Source of the DNA: an uncultured virus (IMG/VR IMGVR_UViG_3300020469_000029)
Taxonomy: Duplodnaviria > Heunggongvirae > Uroviricota > Caudoviricetes > Kyanoviridae
Direction: 5' to 3' (one strand)
Length of the DNA stretch: 64,000 bases
IMG/VR virus record: IMGVR_UViG_3300020469_000029
Within the stretch, counting starts at the first letter, position 1. Each line of letters starts with the position of its first letter. Under the pieces are notes generated by a model, which was not told the origin of the DNA, did not search any database, and saw only the letters and a program-made list of their open reading frames with translations. The position numbers were made by a program, and so were the translations under genes. Positions 8,238 to 22,700 of this stretch are shown piece by piece.

Positions 8238-8651
8238 ATGCCCTCTTATAGGTTCAGATCTGAGAAATATGTTAGTAGAGGATTCAAGGATTTAGCAATT
8301 TCCTTTAAAGATAATCCTAATACTGGTGATTTTGGTGTGGTTAAGAATGAGAATGCTATAAAGCAGTCTGTTCGTAACCTCATCTTAACTATGTTCGGAG
8401 AAAGACCATTTCAAGATGAGATTGGATCTAGGGTTAAGATGCTTTTATTTGAACAATGGGATCCATTTAGTGTGGATGCTATGAGAAGTGAGATTATGAA
8501 CTGTTTATCGAGACTCGAACCTAGGATAAAGGTAACTAGTGTCAGACTTCGTGATGATTCCGAAATAAATTCTGTCCAAGTTGCTATAAATTATAACATA
8601 GTAGGTGAATCGGAAGTCCAAAATGTCGATTTTCTTCTAGAGAAAGCATAA
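8238..8651 (+). CDS. gp25: baseplate wedge subunit gp25
   Basis: AIKQSVRNLILT..GERPF...IGS...LLFE...EPRI motif; precedes gp6. Confidence 0.93.
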   Translation: MPSYRFRSEKYVSRGFKDLAISFKDNPNTGDFGVVKNENAIKQSVRNLILTMFGERPFQDEIGSRVKMLLFEQWDPFSVDAMRSEIMNCLSRLEPRIKVTSVRLRDDSEINSVQVAINYNIVGESEVQNVDFLLEKA

Positions 8652-8652
8652 A

Positions 8653-10773
8653 ATGTCAGCAATTCCATCACAATTAACGTCGTTAGACTTCTTTGAGATC
8701 AAAGAATCTATTAAATCGTACTTACGTACTCGAAAAGAGTTTACAGATTATGATTTTGAGGGAAGCTCTGCGTCATATTTGATCGATATTTTAGCATATA
8801 ACACTTATTACACTGCTTTCAACGCTAATATGGCGTTGAATGAGGCATTTCTAGAGACATCTACGGTTAGAGATAACATTGTCCGCATTGCAAAGCAGTT
8901 AAATTACACTCCACGGTCAATAAAAGCACCTAGAGCGTGTGTAAAAATGATTGCACAGGCATCAATCGGTCTAAATGGCACTACTTATCCAGAATATGCG
9001 ACTTTAAAGAAGGGTGATGTCTTTGTTGCGGATAATGATTTCGATAGTTACACCTTTGCGCTTACCCAAGACATTCAAGTCCCAGTAGATTCCGCTACTG
9101 GTAGGGCAACTTTTGATAATGTGCTTGTATATCAAGGTAATTTACTCAGTTATAACTTCACAGTTGACTATACTAAGAAGCAAGAGTACATTATTCCTGA
9201 TGAAAATGTAGATACTGCACTTTTAACTGTAGATATTTCGCCAACTGCACAATCTTCAGAGACTGATACTTATAGTATTGCAAAAAATGTTACAAATGCG
9301 GACTCTACTAGTAGAATTTACTACTTAGAAGAGACTGATGACATGCGATATCGCATTATTTTCGGAGATGGATCAATTGGACGTAGATTAATTGATGGAG
9401 AATACATCAGAACAACATATGTCTCTACAGATGGAGTAGAAGCTAACGGTGCAAAGGGTTTTGACTTCATTGGTAACGTAATAGACAGTGATGCAAGAGT
9501 TATTTCACCAAATTCTATTACATTAACCACTAAAGACGCTGCTCAGGACGGTGAAGATCGTGAGACATCACTCTCAGTTAAGTTTAGAGCACCCAGAGCG
9601 TATGCAACACAGAATAGAGCAGTAACTGAGAATGATTTTGAGCATATTGTCTCTGAAATCTATCCTCAAGCAGCTTCTGTGACTGCTTTTGGTGGTGAGA
9701 AACTAACTCCACCTGTTTATGGTAAAGTTTACGTTGCAATTAGACCGAAAACAGGAAATAAACTTAATGAGACAACAAAAAATAAGATTAAGAAGGATTT
9801 GTTAAAGTATTCTGTTGCTTCTATCGAGCCAGTTATCATTGACCCAACAAGTTTCTATGTTATTCCTAAATCTTACGTTTATTTCAATGGAAATGATACT
9901 TCATTAACTGGATCTCAACTTGGTACTAAAATTTTACAAGGAATTGATGATTATAACAAGGCAGGTCAAACAAATAGGTTTAATGGACGTATTGATGGGT
10001 CTAAATTTGGCGCAATGATTGATAACAGTGATAATTCCATTTCTGGTAATGTCACTCAAATGACTTTGGGTCAAAATTTAGATAAATTTGAATTTGGAAG
10101 TGTATTTACCCAATGTTTAGATTTTGGTAACCCACTTTATGATCCATCTAACTATTCTGGCACTCCGAAAGGTGGTGACAGCAATAATGGTGATGGTGAT
10201 GATGACGGATCTGGAAGTAAGTGTAAACCAAACTTCTCTGTAGTTAAATCTGGTACATTTTATGCTACTGGTTACACTGAAGACCTTGTAAACCTAACTT
10301 TGACTGATGGTGCTACTTCTGCTGTTATATCAACTCCTGGAATATCAACAAATGTTGCAAATCAGGTTTTAGTGCCAGTAAATATAAGAGATGATGGTGA
10401 GGGTAACCTAATTCTCGTTACTGTAAGAGATGAGACCGAATTAACACTTAATGCATCAGTAGGAAGTGTCGATTATAGCACTGGTCAAGTTTGCGTTGGT
10501 CCTGTAGCAATTCAGGGCACTCCAGATGACACTACAAGACTCCCAGTACAAGTATTACCTGGCGGTGGATCAATTAGCGTCCCACCAGGTGTGGATCCAA
10601 CAATTTTCAACCCAACAGTCAATCCAATTGACTATACAATCAATAATACTTCAATTCCAGCCTTCGATCCGAATAACTTTAGTGGTTATAACTTCGGTGA
10701 CATAGGTGGTATAAATATCATTGATTATCCAACGGATAGTTTCACATATCCAGTCAGCGAATCCTGTTTCTAA
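8653..10773 (+). CDS. gp6: baseplate wedge subunit gp6
   Basis: LDFFEIK...FTDYDFEGS...LAYNTYY, FGDGSIG, QNRAVT.ND motifs. Confidence 0.95.
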   Translation: MSAIPSQLTSLDFFEIKESIKSYLRTRKEFTDYDFEGSSASYLIDILAYNTYYTAFNANMALNEAFLETSTVRDNIVRIAKQLNYTPRSIKAPRACVKMIAQASIGLNGTTYPEYATLKKGDVFVADNDFDSYTFALTQDIQVPVDSATGRATFDNVLVYQGNLLSYNFTVDYTKKQEYIIPDENVDTALLTVDISPTAQSSETDTYSIAKNVTNADSTSRIYYLEETDDMRYRIIFGDGSIGRRLIDGEYIRTTYVSTDGVEANGAKGFDFIGNVIDSDARVISPNSITLTTKDAAQDGEDRETSLSVKFRAPRAYATQNRAVTENDFEHIVSEIYPQAASVTAFGGEKLTPPVYGKVYVAIRPKTGNKLNETTKNKIKKDLLKYSVASIEPVIIDPTSFYVIPKSYVYFNGNDTSLTGSQLGTKILQGIDDYNKAGQTNRFNGRIDGSKFGAMIDNSDNSISGNVTQMTLGQNLDKFEFGSVFTQCLDFGNPLYDPSNYSGTPKGGDSNNGDGDDDGSGSKCKPNFSVVKSGTFYATGYTEDLVNLTLTDGATSAVISTPGISTNVANQVLVPVNIRDDGEGNLILVTVRDETELTLNASVGSVDYSTGQVCVGPVAIQGTPDDTTRLPVQVLPGGGSISVPPGVDPTIFNPTVNPIDYTINNTSIPAFDPNNFSGYNFGDIGGINIIDYPTDSFTYPVSESCF
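10710..10717 (+). promoter_or_regulatory. late promoter inside the 3' end of gp6
   Basis: TATAAATA ~60 nt upstream of the gp7 start. Confidence 0.7.
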
Positions 10774-10778
10774 GATAG

Positions 10779-13700
10779 ATGCCGATTACAAAGAATATCA
10801 ACGTCTCTGATAGAGTCGAGAATCAGTTACCCGAGTTCATTCGTCAAGAAGATAGACAATTAGTCAACTTCTTGTTTGAATACTATAAATCTCAGGAAAA
10901 GACAGGTAGACCATACGATATACTCAATAATTTACTGAGATATCTTGATCTGGACAGTTATACCTCTGAGCAACTTGCAAGTGCAACTGAATTGCTCAAG
11001 GATATCGGTGTGTACGATAAGAAGATTGAAATTGAGAGCATAAATGGATTTAAGGAGCAAGATGGCTCCATAATGATTGATAATGAGGTAATTTACTATG
11101 AATCTGTTACTCGTGGTCCTGATGTTATTATTACTCCTGGGCTCTCTTACCCACAATTCAATAAGAAGAAACAACAACTAGAAAATCCCTTTAATCTCTT
11201 CGATGGGACTCTTAAAAACTTCCCATTAAGTTTTTTAGGTACTCCAGTAGCTCCAACCTCAGCAGATCACCTTATTGTGGTAACTTACAATAATATGAAG
11301 GTGCCAGGAGTCGATTATTTTGTAGAAGGTCAAAATATTCGTTTTACAGATGCACCTAGAGACCAAGTTGGATCTGACGACTCAGAATTTACTGAAATTA
11401 CATATTTGGTTGGATATTCAGACCAAACTATTAAAACTGCTGATGCTATACCTTATCAAGAATGGCAAAACACTAAAATCTACCCATTAAGGATTTCTGG
11501 AGTTTCATATACTCCAACTTCGGAAGTTGGACTTATAATTAACAAAAATGGTCGTTTACAAATCCCATATGAGGATTTTACAGTTTTTGAAGACACAATT
11601 GTCTTTAAAAATGAAATCGGAGCTGCTGATGATATCCATATTCGTTCTGTTGAATATATTCCTCCTAGTTACGGTTCAGGAGCCTCAGCAATTGCTAAGG
11701 TATCTGATACTGGCACAATTACCAGTTTAATTACTAAATCTGGTGGATCTAAGTATAGATTAGATTTTGCACCTAAAGTTACTATTACTAGCACCTCTGG
11801 TAAGAATTCTACTGCTAGATCTTTAATTGGTGGTATTAAAGATATCAATTTAATCGATGGTGGTCAGGGTTACACTTCATATAACCCACCAATCCCTATT
11901 GTTGCTGCACCTGGCAATTCTAATGGCACATCTGCTAAATTAAGTCTTACAGTCGATGATACGACTGGAATGATAGATTCTATCACTATTACTGACAGTG
12001 GTAGTGGTTATGACTTTATTCCTGCAATATCATTCAAGAATCCTTCTGGTGCAGATATTGGTACTCCTACTATTGACTCTGAAGGTAGAGTTAACATAGG
12101 AAGCATTGTTGTTAATGAAATGGGTACTGGATATAGTAATCCACCTGTAGTTTACATCGATGAAGCACCTATTGGTGGTATCAATGCTCAAGCTATATCA
12201 AGAATTAATCAAGATGGTCAAGTATATGAAATTCAGATTGTTAACCGTGGTAGAGGTTATGTAACACCTCCTAGGGTAAAAATTATTGATCCAGTTGGTG
12301 CTCAGATATTAGACGTTACTGTAGCATCTGGATCAGTCACAAATATTGAAATGTTGACTGGTGGACAAGGATATACTGATGCACCTTCTGTTTATATTGT
12401 AGATGATAGAAAAGATGGATATGGAGAACCTATAGGTGGTATTGGTGCTAAAGCAGCCGCTACTATCTTTAACGGTGAAATTACCGATATTAATATTACT
12501 GATTTTGGATCTGGTTACTCTGAGACAGAACCTCCTAAAATATACATCGCAGAACCAAAAGCAGCAAGATCATCAGTGGATGTTGGGTTTGACCAAGTTA
12601 CTGGATTTGATATTTTAGAGGATGGTGCAGGATACTCTCCTAGTGCCTTTCTGGGATGCGCCAGAGGCGTTTCTGGAGCAGTTGGGTATGATAACCTCCA
12701 TAATGAGATATATGCTGGAGAAGCAGCATTAAGGCAAACAAATCACCATTCTGGTGCTGCTGTAACTAACCTTGACTCTTTATTCATTAAAGAAGTCTTT
12801 GATAAGTTTAGAAGGCAGTATTTACCCACTTTGGATATTGATTTTTCCAAAGTTAATCCAGTACAGGTAATTAAGAATATTAGTGACTTCTATATCTCAA
12901 AGGGTACAGAGTTAGCAACACAATATCTCTTTAAGATTTTATTTGGTGAAAATGTTTCTCTTTACTATCCAAAAGACGAAATCATCAGCCCATCTCATGC
13001 TACTTGGGTTGTAGATACGATTCTTAGAGCAGAATTGATAGAAGGTGATCCAGCAAATTTAATAGACTCTCAAGTTAACCAATATGCTGATGATGTAGAT
13101 TCTAGCGTTACTAATGCATCTGCATTGATTGAAAACGTTATTACTATTATTGAGGGTACTGATACAATCTATGAATTAGCAATATCAGAAGAAACTCTAA
13201 CTGGTAACTTTATTATACCTTACAAAACCCGTCTTGTTGAGCCTCTTACCACTAGTGGTCAGATTATAACCGTTGACTCCACTATTGGATGGCCTGAAAG
13301 GAATGGTACTATTAGAATCAATGATGTAGAGCAAGTCCAGTATAAAGAGAAGTCTCTAAACCAGTTCATAGAGTGTACTAGGTCTAAGAATGGAATCGTC
13401 GAAGATTGGGATCCTGGTACTATAATCCAGTCAGATATCTTTGTTTACGTTAACCAAGGTACTTCTACTGAGTGTAAACTAAGAATCCTTGGTATTGCTG
13501 AAGCAGGTACCACAGTATTAAACGATACTGGTAGTTACTACATTGCTGGAGATAAACTGAAGGTTGCAAACCTCGGATCTACTGCTGAAGAGTTAAGACT
13601 ACAATCTTGGTTGTATAACGTTAAGAAACTGATTCAGGTTACTACTATCACTCCTGGTGGTGTTAATAACCAGACTGCTACTGTAGTTTGTAATAACCCA

Positions 13701-16700
13701 CATGGTCTACTAGTATCTGATCAGGTTACGATATATGGTGCTAACCCTGTTGTGTACAACGGCACATTCACTGTAACATCAAGGATTGATCAGTTTACCT
13801 TCTCATATCAGATTAATACTCCTACTGACTTAGTACCTCAAGGAAACATACTTTTATCTGTTGACTTAAACAGAGGTAAGTCTGATATCACATCCATTAA
13901 CAATGTGGTTAGTGAGTTTACTACAAACATCCAGAATGCTTTCTTTAATGACAATTATGTTTATGTTGCAGCATCTGGTTTACCAAACTATAAAATAGGT
14001 CCATTTACTGGATCTGCACTTATTCCAGGTAACCAAAGGAAATTACTAAGATTCCCTAGAATAGTCCAAACTATATCTGAAAGAAAAACTATAGATCCAG
14101 GAACACCAATTGGTGCTTGGGTTAACGGTGTTTCTATCTGGTCATACAAGTCAAGAGAATTTATTCAGTATGGTCCTCTTACCAGTATTACTGTTACTAA
14201 TGTTGGAGAATCATATGATGCTGGTGCTAAACCTAACGTAGAAATTACAGGTGGTGGCGGTACTGGTGCTACTGCTGAGGTTATTGTAAATGGTAGTCTA
14301 GTATCGTTTGATATGACTACTGAAGGTACTGGGTATACCGAGTCACCTCTAGTTTCTATTGTTGGTGGCGGTGGATCTGGTGCTACTGCACAGGCAGTTA
14401 TTACAGGCGGTAGAGTAACAAGAATTTTAGTTGAGCAACCAGGTACAGGATACACAACACAACCTCTAGTTTCTATTACTGGTGGTAACGGTACAGGGGC
14501 AACTGCAACTGCTAATGTCCGTGGTTCTATTTCTAGTGTAAATATAACAAATTTTGGTAATGGATATACTTCACTTCCTTCTGTTAAGGTTAACTCTGGT
14601 GAAGGTGCTTTAGCACAACCAATCGTTATTAATGGTAGAATTGTATCTATTGCTATTATTAACTCTGGTGAATCCTATACAACTGCACCAAATATAATCA
14701 TTAATGGTGATGGTTTCGGTGCTATCGCTAAAGCAACAATTGGCACGGTTGGAGAAGATAGAGGTCGTGTATTAGGTGTAACTATAACCAATAAGGGAAT
14801 TGGATATACACAAGGTTTAACAACTGTTAGACTCGAAGCAGTGGGTCAATTAGCATCCTTTACACCTACTGTTTACCAGTGGAATAAAAACCTAGAATAT
14901 GAATTGGGAGCAAATGGGGATAAGTTTGATGATGCAAGAGGATATGTATTTACTGGATATAACAACCAATTTGGTGGTGAATATGCTCATCTATCAGATC
15001 CTAAAGAATTAAGATATGTTGTTGGTGATAACGTATTCTTAAACCCTGTTACACAGAATTTCCAAGAATTAGCAGCTAACTATCTACACTCACCTATTAT
15101 TGGTTGGGCGTTTGATGGTAACCCAATTTATGGTCCTTATGGATACATTGATCCTACTGATCAGAATAGTGGTATTAGAAGGATGCGTACATCCTTTAAA
15201 TTAAAATCTAATGTTGTATATGATGAAGCAACTAATCCTAATCCATCTAGGGTAGATGGTCCTCCTATTGCAACATATGCTCCTGGTACTTTCGTAGATG
15301 ATTATTACTACGATTTCCAGTCTGGTGACCTAGACAACTATAATGGTCGTTTCTGTAAAACACCTGACTTCCCTGATGGAGTCTATGGTTATTTTGTTAC
15401 CATTGATGCTAGTGATGCAGGTATTCCAGAATACCCATATATCATGGGTCCACAGTTTAACTCACTTCCAGATTCTTGGAATTTCAGTCAACTTGCAACA
15501 CAAGAGAATATTCCTGATGGTGTTGTCCGTTATAGAGATCCATACACTGATGTTGATATTGACGTTGATCGTCAACCAAACCAAGAGGCAGATGTATTCA
15601 CTACTGAGATAGAAGGATATCCTATTATCTTTGAAATACAAGACTCTAACAATGATGGTTTAATTGATGCTAATGAGCAGCAAGAATTGCTGCAAATGTC
15701 TGAAGAATCAACATTACAGATATATGATTATTTCCCAAGAGTATCAGAAGAGTCTAGAGTTGATATTGAAGTTGATACAACTACTCAGTTTGAGAATGCT
15801 CAAATTGATGGATTTGTTATTGAAAACCCAGGTGTTTCTTATCAGGTAAATGACACCGTATTCTTCGACAATGAGAATACTGGTGGATTTGGTGCATCTG
15901 CTCTTATTGAGTCTGTTAAGGGTCAAGCAATAATTGGTTATACTAAATCAATTATTGGTGATCGTTGCTACGGTAATATTACTACCTCTGTCGGACATGA
16001 GTTAAGACAACAGGATGAAATTATTGTAAACTCACGTCCTGTCATTGATAACACAAGTAAGACCTATAAAGTTAAGGTTGTTGCTGGTGTTGAAAGAATT
16101 AATGTAACACAAGCTGGCACAGGATACAATACTGATATTCCTCCTACATTTGAGTTAATTACAACATCTGGTCAAGATGCTGAATTGCAATTGGTATTGG
16201 AAGGCACGGGTCAGATTAATAGTATTAATATTATTAATTCTGGTAATGGATATAGTTCTACTACTCCACCTCAGATAAGGGTATCTCATCCACAGCAATT
16301 CAAGAAAACACGATATTGGTTGACTGAGTATACTGAGGCAGCTGGATCGGTTAGTGTATGGGATTCTTGGACTACAGCAGATAGAGTGACTTATATTTGT
16401 GGTAGTGTCTTAGAGACAGATGGTGATCAGTCAGCAATTCTTGCTAAGTTTGACGATTTAGGCCAGCTTGTCTGGGAAAGAAATCTTATACCACAAAACT
16501 CTGGTACTAAGAAGATGGAATTCGTCAAGATGTATATTGACGAGTCTTTAGAAAATGATGTAATATATCTTGTTGGACAAACATATGATCCTAATAATGC
16601 TGCATACAATCCAGATGTTTGGTTAGGGCAGTATAAGTCTGGATTCAATAATGCTAATGCTCCTGATGGTATCCTACAGTGGCAGAGATCAATTGCTGGT

Positions 16701-19700
16701 ATATCAGGTCTTGCAAGAAGAGATTATGTAACAAGTATAGCGTTAGATCAAGAGAAGAGAATTTATATTGCAGGTTATACTGATAGTAATTCACCTGATC
16801 CAGATGATATGTGGATCATCCAGTGTGATATGGATGGTGATCTTGTAGAGAAGAGAAAGATTGCATCTGCTGATGATTCAGAGATGATTAATCAGATTAA
16901 GTGGATATCTGATGATAGATTCTTCTTTGTCGGTGTTAATAAGCAAAATAACGACTGCATCTTTGGTGTATTCTTCTATGATGGTGCAAACATCGAGATT
17001 GAATATATTAGACAAATCCCAACTATAGGTGGATATGTAAGAAACCCACAATTCGTCATTGATGAATACAATGATGTATTATTAATCTGGGATGTTTATA
17101 ATAGTGCTACAACCAAGTATGAAAAAATCCAACTTAATAAATTCCCAATATCAACTGCTAACACTGCATGGGAATGGACTAAGACAGTAACTGTTAGTGG
17201 ATCTATAGATTCTATTCGTCATGCTGGTCTTAACGTAGACGTATTTGGTAACTATAGTTTAGTATCTGATATTATAGAATCTGAGAATCAGAGATATTCT
17301 GTTATTCATTATCTTAAGTATGATGGTACAGTTATTAAAGAAACTAAGGTTGATGATACTGTTAACATTGGTTTCCAAGCTAAGTCTCATACAGTAGACA
17401 ATTCTGGAGACTGCATTATTGCTGTAGATCGTAGACAATCTGATCAGATGGCATCATATCGTTTTAACGATGTTGCTGATTTAGATTACGACTTTACAAA
17501 GCAAAATCTAGCAACAATGACATTACATACTCCAAGTAATGCCTCTGTTGATGCATCAATCTATAAGTTTGGTACTAGTTCTCTTAAATTGAGTGGTGTA
17601 TGTCCTGTTAAACTTCCTGCTTATGCTTTACAAAGCACAGAGTGGAGTATGAGAGCATGGATGGCAATGGCTACAGCACATCATGCTAGTACTACAAAAC
17701 CATTACTGTTTGATGTAACACCTGTTGCTGGAGATTCTATTCAAGTAGAATTAGATGGAGACTCTACTAGTGGTAACTACGGAAAGGTAGTTTTATATGT
17801 AAACTCAGTACAAGTTGCAACATCAGTCGCTAACACTTATTGGACTAACTTTGGTAGTGCTGCATGGGTGCATGTAACCTTCCAGAAGAGAGAAGAATCT
17901 TTAGGATTGTATCAGTATGAGGTATTCTTGAATGGTAACCTTGTAGTTAACTATCAATCTACCTCAGATATTAGTATTCAAGACCTTACTGTTGCTGGTA
18001 AGTATTCTGGACCAAATACAGGTAATTCCTTTATTGGTTGGATTGACGATCTAGTAATAGATGACGTTGCTCCATATACTTCTTCTTATACACCTCCAAC
18101 TGCTGAGATTGCTATTACTACTAGTATTTCAGATGTTGCTTTAATTAAATTTGATAGAAAGCATGAGAAGAGAGCAGCATATACATTAACTGGATTAACA
18201 AAATATACTAATGTTGAATTTAGTGATATTGAGACTGCTACTACTTGGGTAGACTTAACTGTTTCAGCATTTAGTCCTTGGATAGTTGGTGCTGGTGGTC
18301 TACAGATTCTTGATATGTCTCAGACTGTTGCTACTTACATTCCTGGAACATATACATTCACTTCTGTTAAGAATGAGTATGCAACTAAGACTTCTACTAT
18401 ACCATCACCACTAGGTAAGAAACTTACAATATCTGCTGATGTGATTAGTAAGTTCTATCTCCGTGATGCTGGTTATAGTAAGATTGATAATGTCCTTGAA
18501 TTTACTTTCAATCAGGATGTTAAATTAACTAAAGGATCTATAATTCAACAATTTACCACTACTGCTGGTAACGATGTTGTTGCTGGATTTGGTACTATTG
18601 TTGATATTCCAAATGCTGATTCTTTAACTAATCCTGGAATGGGAAACAAGTATAAGGTTGGTAAGATATTTGGTACATTTAATAATACAGATAGATTTAA
18701 GACTGATGTTGCAGATGTAAACCAGATTGCTGGTACATACTTCTCAGTAGAAGAAGCAGAGATACCTTGGGCAGCATCTACATCAGTTACTACTGGTGAG
18801 AAGAGATACTATGATAAGAAGATCTACCAGTCACAAGGTACAGGTACTACAGGCACAATCCCTCCAGTACATACTGGTGGTGTAGTAACTGACGGTCTCA
18901 TTAACTGGGCGTTTGTAGATGACGCAGGTAAGTTTACAGTTGATCTAACTGAGCATCCATATCCAATGCCTCAATACCTAGGCAATGATATGCCTGAGTG
19001 GGATAATGGTAAGTTATATGTTGTAGGTCAGAAAGTATGGCATAAGTTAAACGTATACGTTGTTGGTGCTGGTGGTGCTGGTGTATCTGGTACAACTGCT
19101 CCTGTGCATACTACTGGTGCTGTATCTGATGGTGGTGTCACATGGACATGGGAGTCTACTTCAACACCAATAAGTGATTTTGCTAGGACTCTTCCATATG
19201 ATATAGGTAATAACTATACAGTACAAATTGTAGAGATCCAACCTGGTTCAACATATATCCCAGAAGACGTTGTTTCTATTAATGCTGGTAATATAACTGA
19301 GGCAGATGATGAGAAGAGTGTAACTATATCTGGATTTGCTTCTGTTAAGAAGATTCGTATTACTGCACGTCTTGAAAAAGATATTCTTAGGACTGCTGAT
19401 GTAAGGACTAACTTAGTATATTCCACATCTCTTACACCTCATAGATTTTTAGCTGATGAAATTATATACACCGAAGGTTTCCAAGGAGATCAATTTAATG
19501 GATCTTTCTTTGTAGATCAGGTTATTGGTTCTAGAGAATTTACATTTGGTATTAGAGATGTAGCATCACAAGATCCTACATTTGATTCTAGTTCAATTGC
19601 TAACGTTAACATATATGCAAAGCATCCAACTCTAGAGTTTACTAGAAATCATCAATATGTCTTTGACTTATCTGATACATCTAACCTAGGTTACTACCTA

Positions 19701-22700
19701 TCATTCTCTCAAGATAACCAGTATAAACTAGAATACTCATTTAATAATATTACTAGATCTGGTACACCAGGTATACCTGAAGCTGGTGCTAACTATCCAT
19801 TCGTTAAGTTCTCAGTATTGGGTGATGTTACTAACATATCTTATTACTTTGATCCATCTAGGACAGGCAGCACTTCTCCAGTAGGAGATAACTCATTCAT
19901 CGATGTTATCACAACACCATATGAAGGTACATTTGCTATATCTCAAATAATTAGTGATACTGAATTCCAATTCCCATTACTGAAAGAACCAGAAAGGACT
20001 TCTGCTGAAGTTGGTACTGATGAATTTGGTAACGTATATTCATACTATTCAACTACATCGATAAGGGCAGTTGGACCTATTAATACAATTAAACTAGTTT
20101 CTCCAGGTGGTTTCTATCAGAAGTTACCTATCATTAGTGATATTGCATCTTATAGACAGATTGAGAAGATTACGGTAGTTGATGGAGGTACTGAATACGC
20201 ACCAGGTGTCTATTATGAAGTTCCTGTTAATGGAGATGGTGAAGGTGGTAAAGCAACTATTACTGTTGAGTTTGATGCAGAGGTTGGATCAGGTACAATT
20301 ACTAATGCTCAAGTAGCAGATCCAGGTAAAGGATATACTATAGCATCTGTTGATATTGATTCAATTCCAGGAATCTTAGGACAAACACTTGCAGGTTCTG
20401 GTGGAGCTGTTAGTGTTGTTATTCCAGAAGAAGGATCTGGTGCATCTGTATTCCTAACAGGTACTAACATTGGTAAGATTAAGAGACTTAAGAATAATGA
20501 ATTTGGTTTTGGTTACTCACATGACTATACTCTAAAACCAGAGATTACCTTCCCTGTTAACTTACAACTATTCAATACATCAATACTAAGTCAGATCAAG
20601 ATAACTGATCCAGGTTCTGGATATACTTCTACTCCTGCTGTTGTTATCGAAGGTGGTGGTGGAGCTGGTGCTGAGGCAGAAGCAATTGTTAAAAACAATC
20701 GTCTTAGTGAGATCATCATTAAAAACAGTGGTGCTGGATATTCATCCGAACCAGTGGTTACTCTAAAATCAGAATTTAACTACGTTGTTAACTTAGACCT
20801 CAACTATCTACAGTTTAACTTCCCACATGGTATAACCACTGGTGCAGAAGTCCAATTCCGTGCCGAAGATATTGGAAACACCGAAGGTGAATTACCAAAA
20901 CCATCTACCGCAGGTTTAACTAGTTTGGTTGCTAATCAGACATATTATGCTATTGCTGGCGACGCTGCTGGTTTAGAAAGTGATCAGTTGAGATTCGGTC
21001 TTACTTCAGCATCTGCATTAGCAGGATCTTACATTACATTCCTAACTACTGGATCTGGTCGCCAAGTACTTTTAACTGAGGTATTCGGTGGTAAAGCAAT
21101 TGCTGTTGTTGAAACATCTCGTTTCCTTGAAGGAGAAAGTGTATTCCAAGGTCCTAACGTTGAGCAGTCTACTGCAACTGGTAAGGTATCTACTAACACT
21201 GGTTGGCAGATTGGTCCTAAGATTCTTAAGATTGTTGATTATACTGGAGATTGGGCTCAAGGTGAAAAGGTAACTGGTGAAATATCTAAAGCATCTGGTC
21301 TTATCGATAACCTGTCAATAGCACGTGGTGTGCTGAATATTGGCTCCTTAACGAAGACACCAGGCCGATTTATTGATGATGTTGGTAAACCTTCTGAGAT
21401 AGTCCAGAAAATTCAGGATAGTTTCTTCTATCAGAACTTCTCATATGTTGTCCAGTCTGAGATTCCTATTACAGAATGGAAGACACAGGTATTAGAAAAT
21501 AACCATCCTGCTGGTTTCAATATGTTTGGTCAGTTACAACTTACTGGTGGTAAGGACGTATCTGGACGTAAGATTGGTACTGAGTTTACAAAACAAGTTA
21601 ACATCAACAACTATAGTAATGTAAATCAGATTACATCATTCGGTGCTGCACAACCAATCTATACTGACTACAACAATACTGAGGTTCTTTTCCGTAAGAA
21701 ACGTCTAACTTCTTCTGAGGAAATTCTAACTTCTATTGTTAAGAAACTTGATAGTGTCCAAGATCAGTTTGATGGTATTAAGAAGTCATTCCCAATTACT
21801 GTTGAGGGTGAAACTGTCATTATTAAAGATAATCAGTTAATGATTACTCTTAATGGTGTTATTCAGTCTCCTGGTGAATCTTATCAAGTTGTTGGCGGTA
21901 ACTTAGTATTTGCTGAGCCACCTAAACCACCTTCTAAGGTTAACTATAGGACTTTAACCGTCACACCTACTATCATCTATAGAATTGCTCTTTACGATGG
22001 TTTCGGCACTTCAAATTACGGTATATTCCCAACATTAGGACAACAGGTACAAGGTCAGAATACAGATACTATTGCTACTGTTATTGATTCGGGAACTAAC
22101 CATATTGACGTTATAAGTTTAACTGGAACATTTGATCTTAATGAGCAAATCAAGAGAGGTGAATTATTTGTTGCATTGATTGAATCAGTAACTGCTCTTA
22201 GCAGTCCTACCATATTCGAGTTTGGTGAAGCAATTACAAACCTTGAAGGCGATACTGCTTATATTGAAGAGACTAACATTGATAATGCTGGTAATATTAC
22301 TGATAGATTGGTTGTAAGTAAGACATCAGGTACTCCTAAGTTTGAAACTGGAATATTCGATCTTAGACTCAACGAAATGGTTTATTCCGCTTCATCTAAG
22401 ATAGCAGGCCAAATTACATTCATTGCACCTTATGAAGATCCAATTAATAATGAAGTTGTTGAAGAATTAATTATTAACAAGGGAACAACCTTCTTTGGAT
22501 TACTCTTTGAGCGTTTAGTTAGTCTAACTAATCCTAACGTGATCCTAGATGATATTTCACAATCTTCTATCACTCCAACTGAGCTCTATGATGCAGAGCA
22601 AAGAATTAATGCTGATTTCTTGAATTTTGAAGAAGTAAGGACAACTGAAGTAACTTATAGTGCAATTACTGGTGGTACTCTTTCTGAGGGTATGATAATT

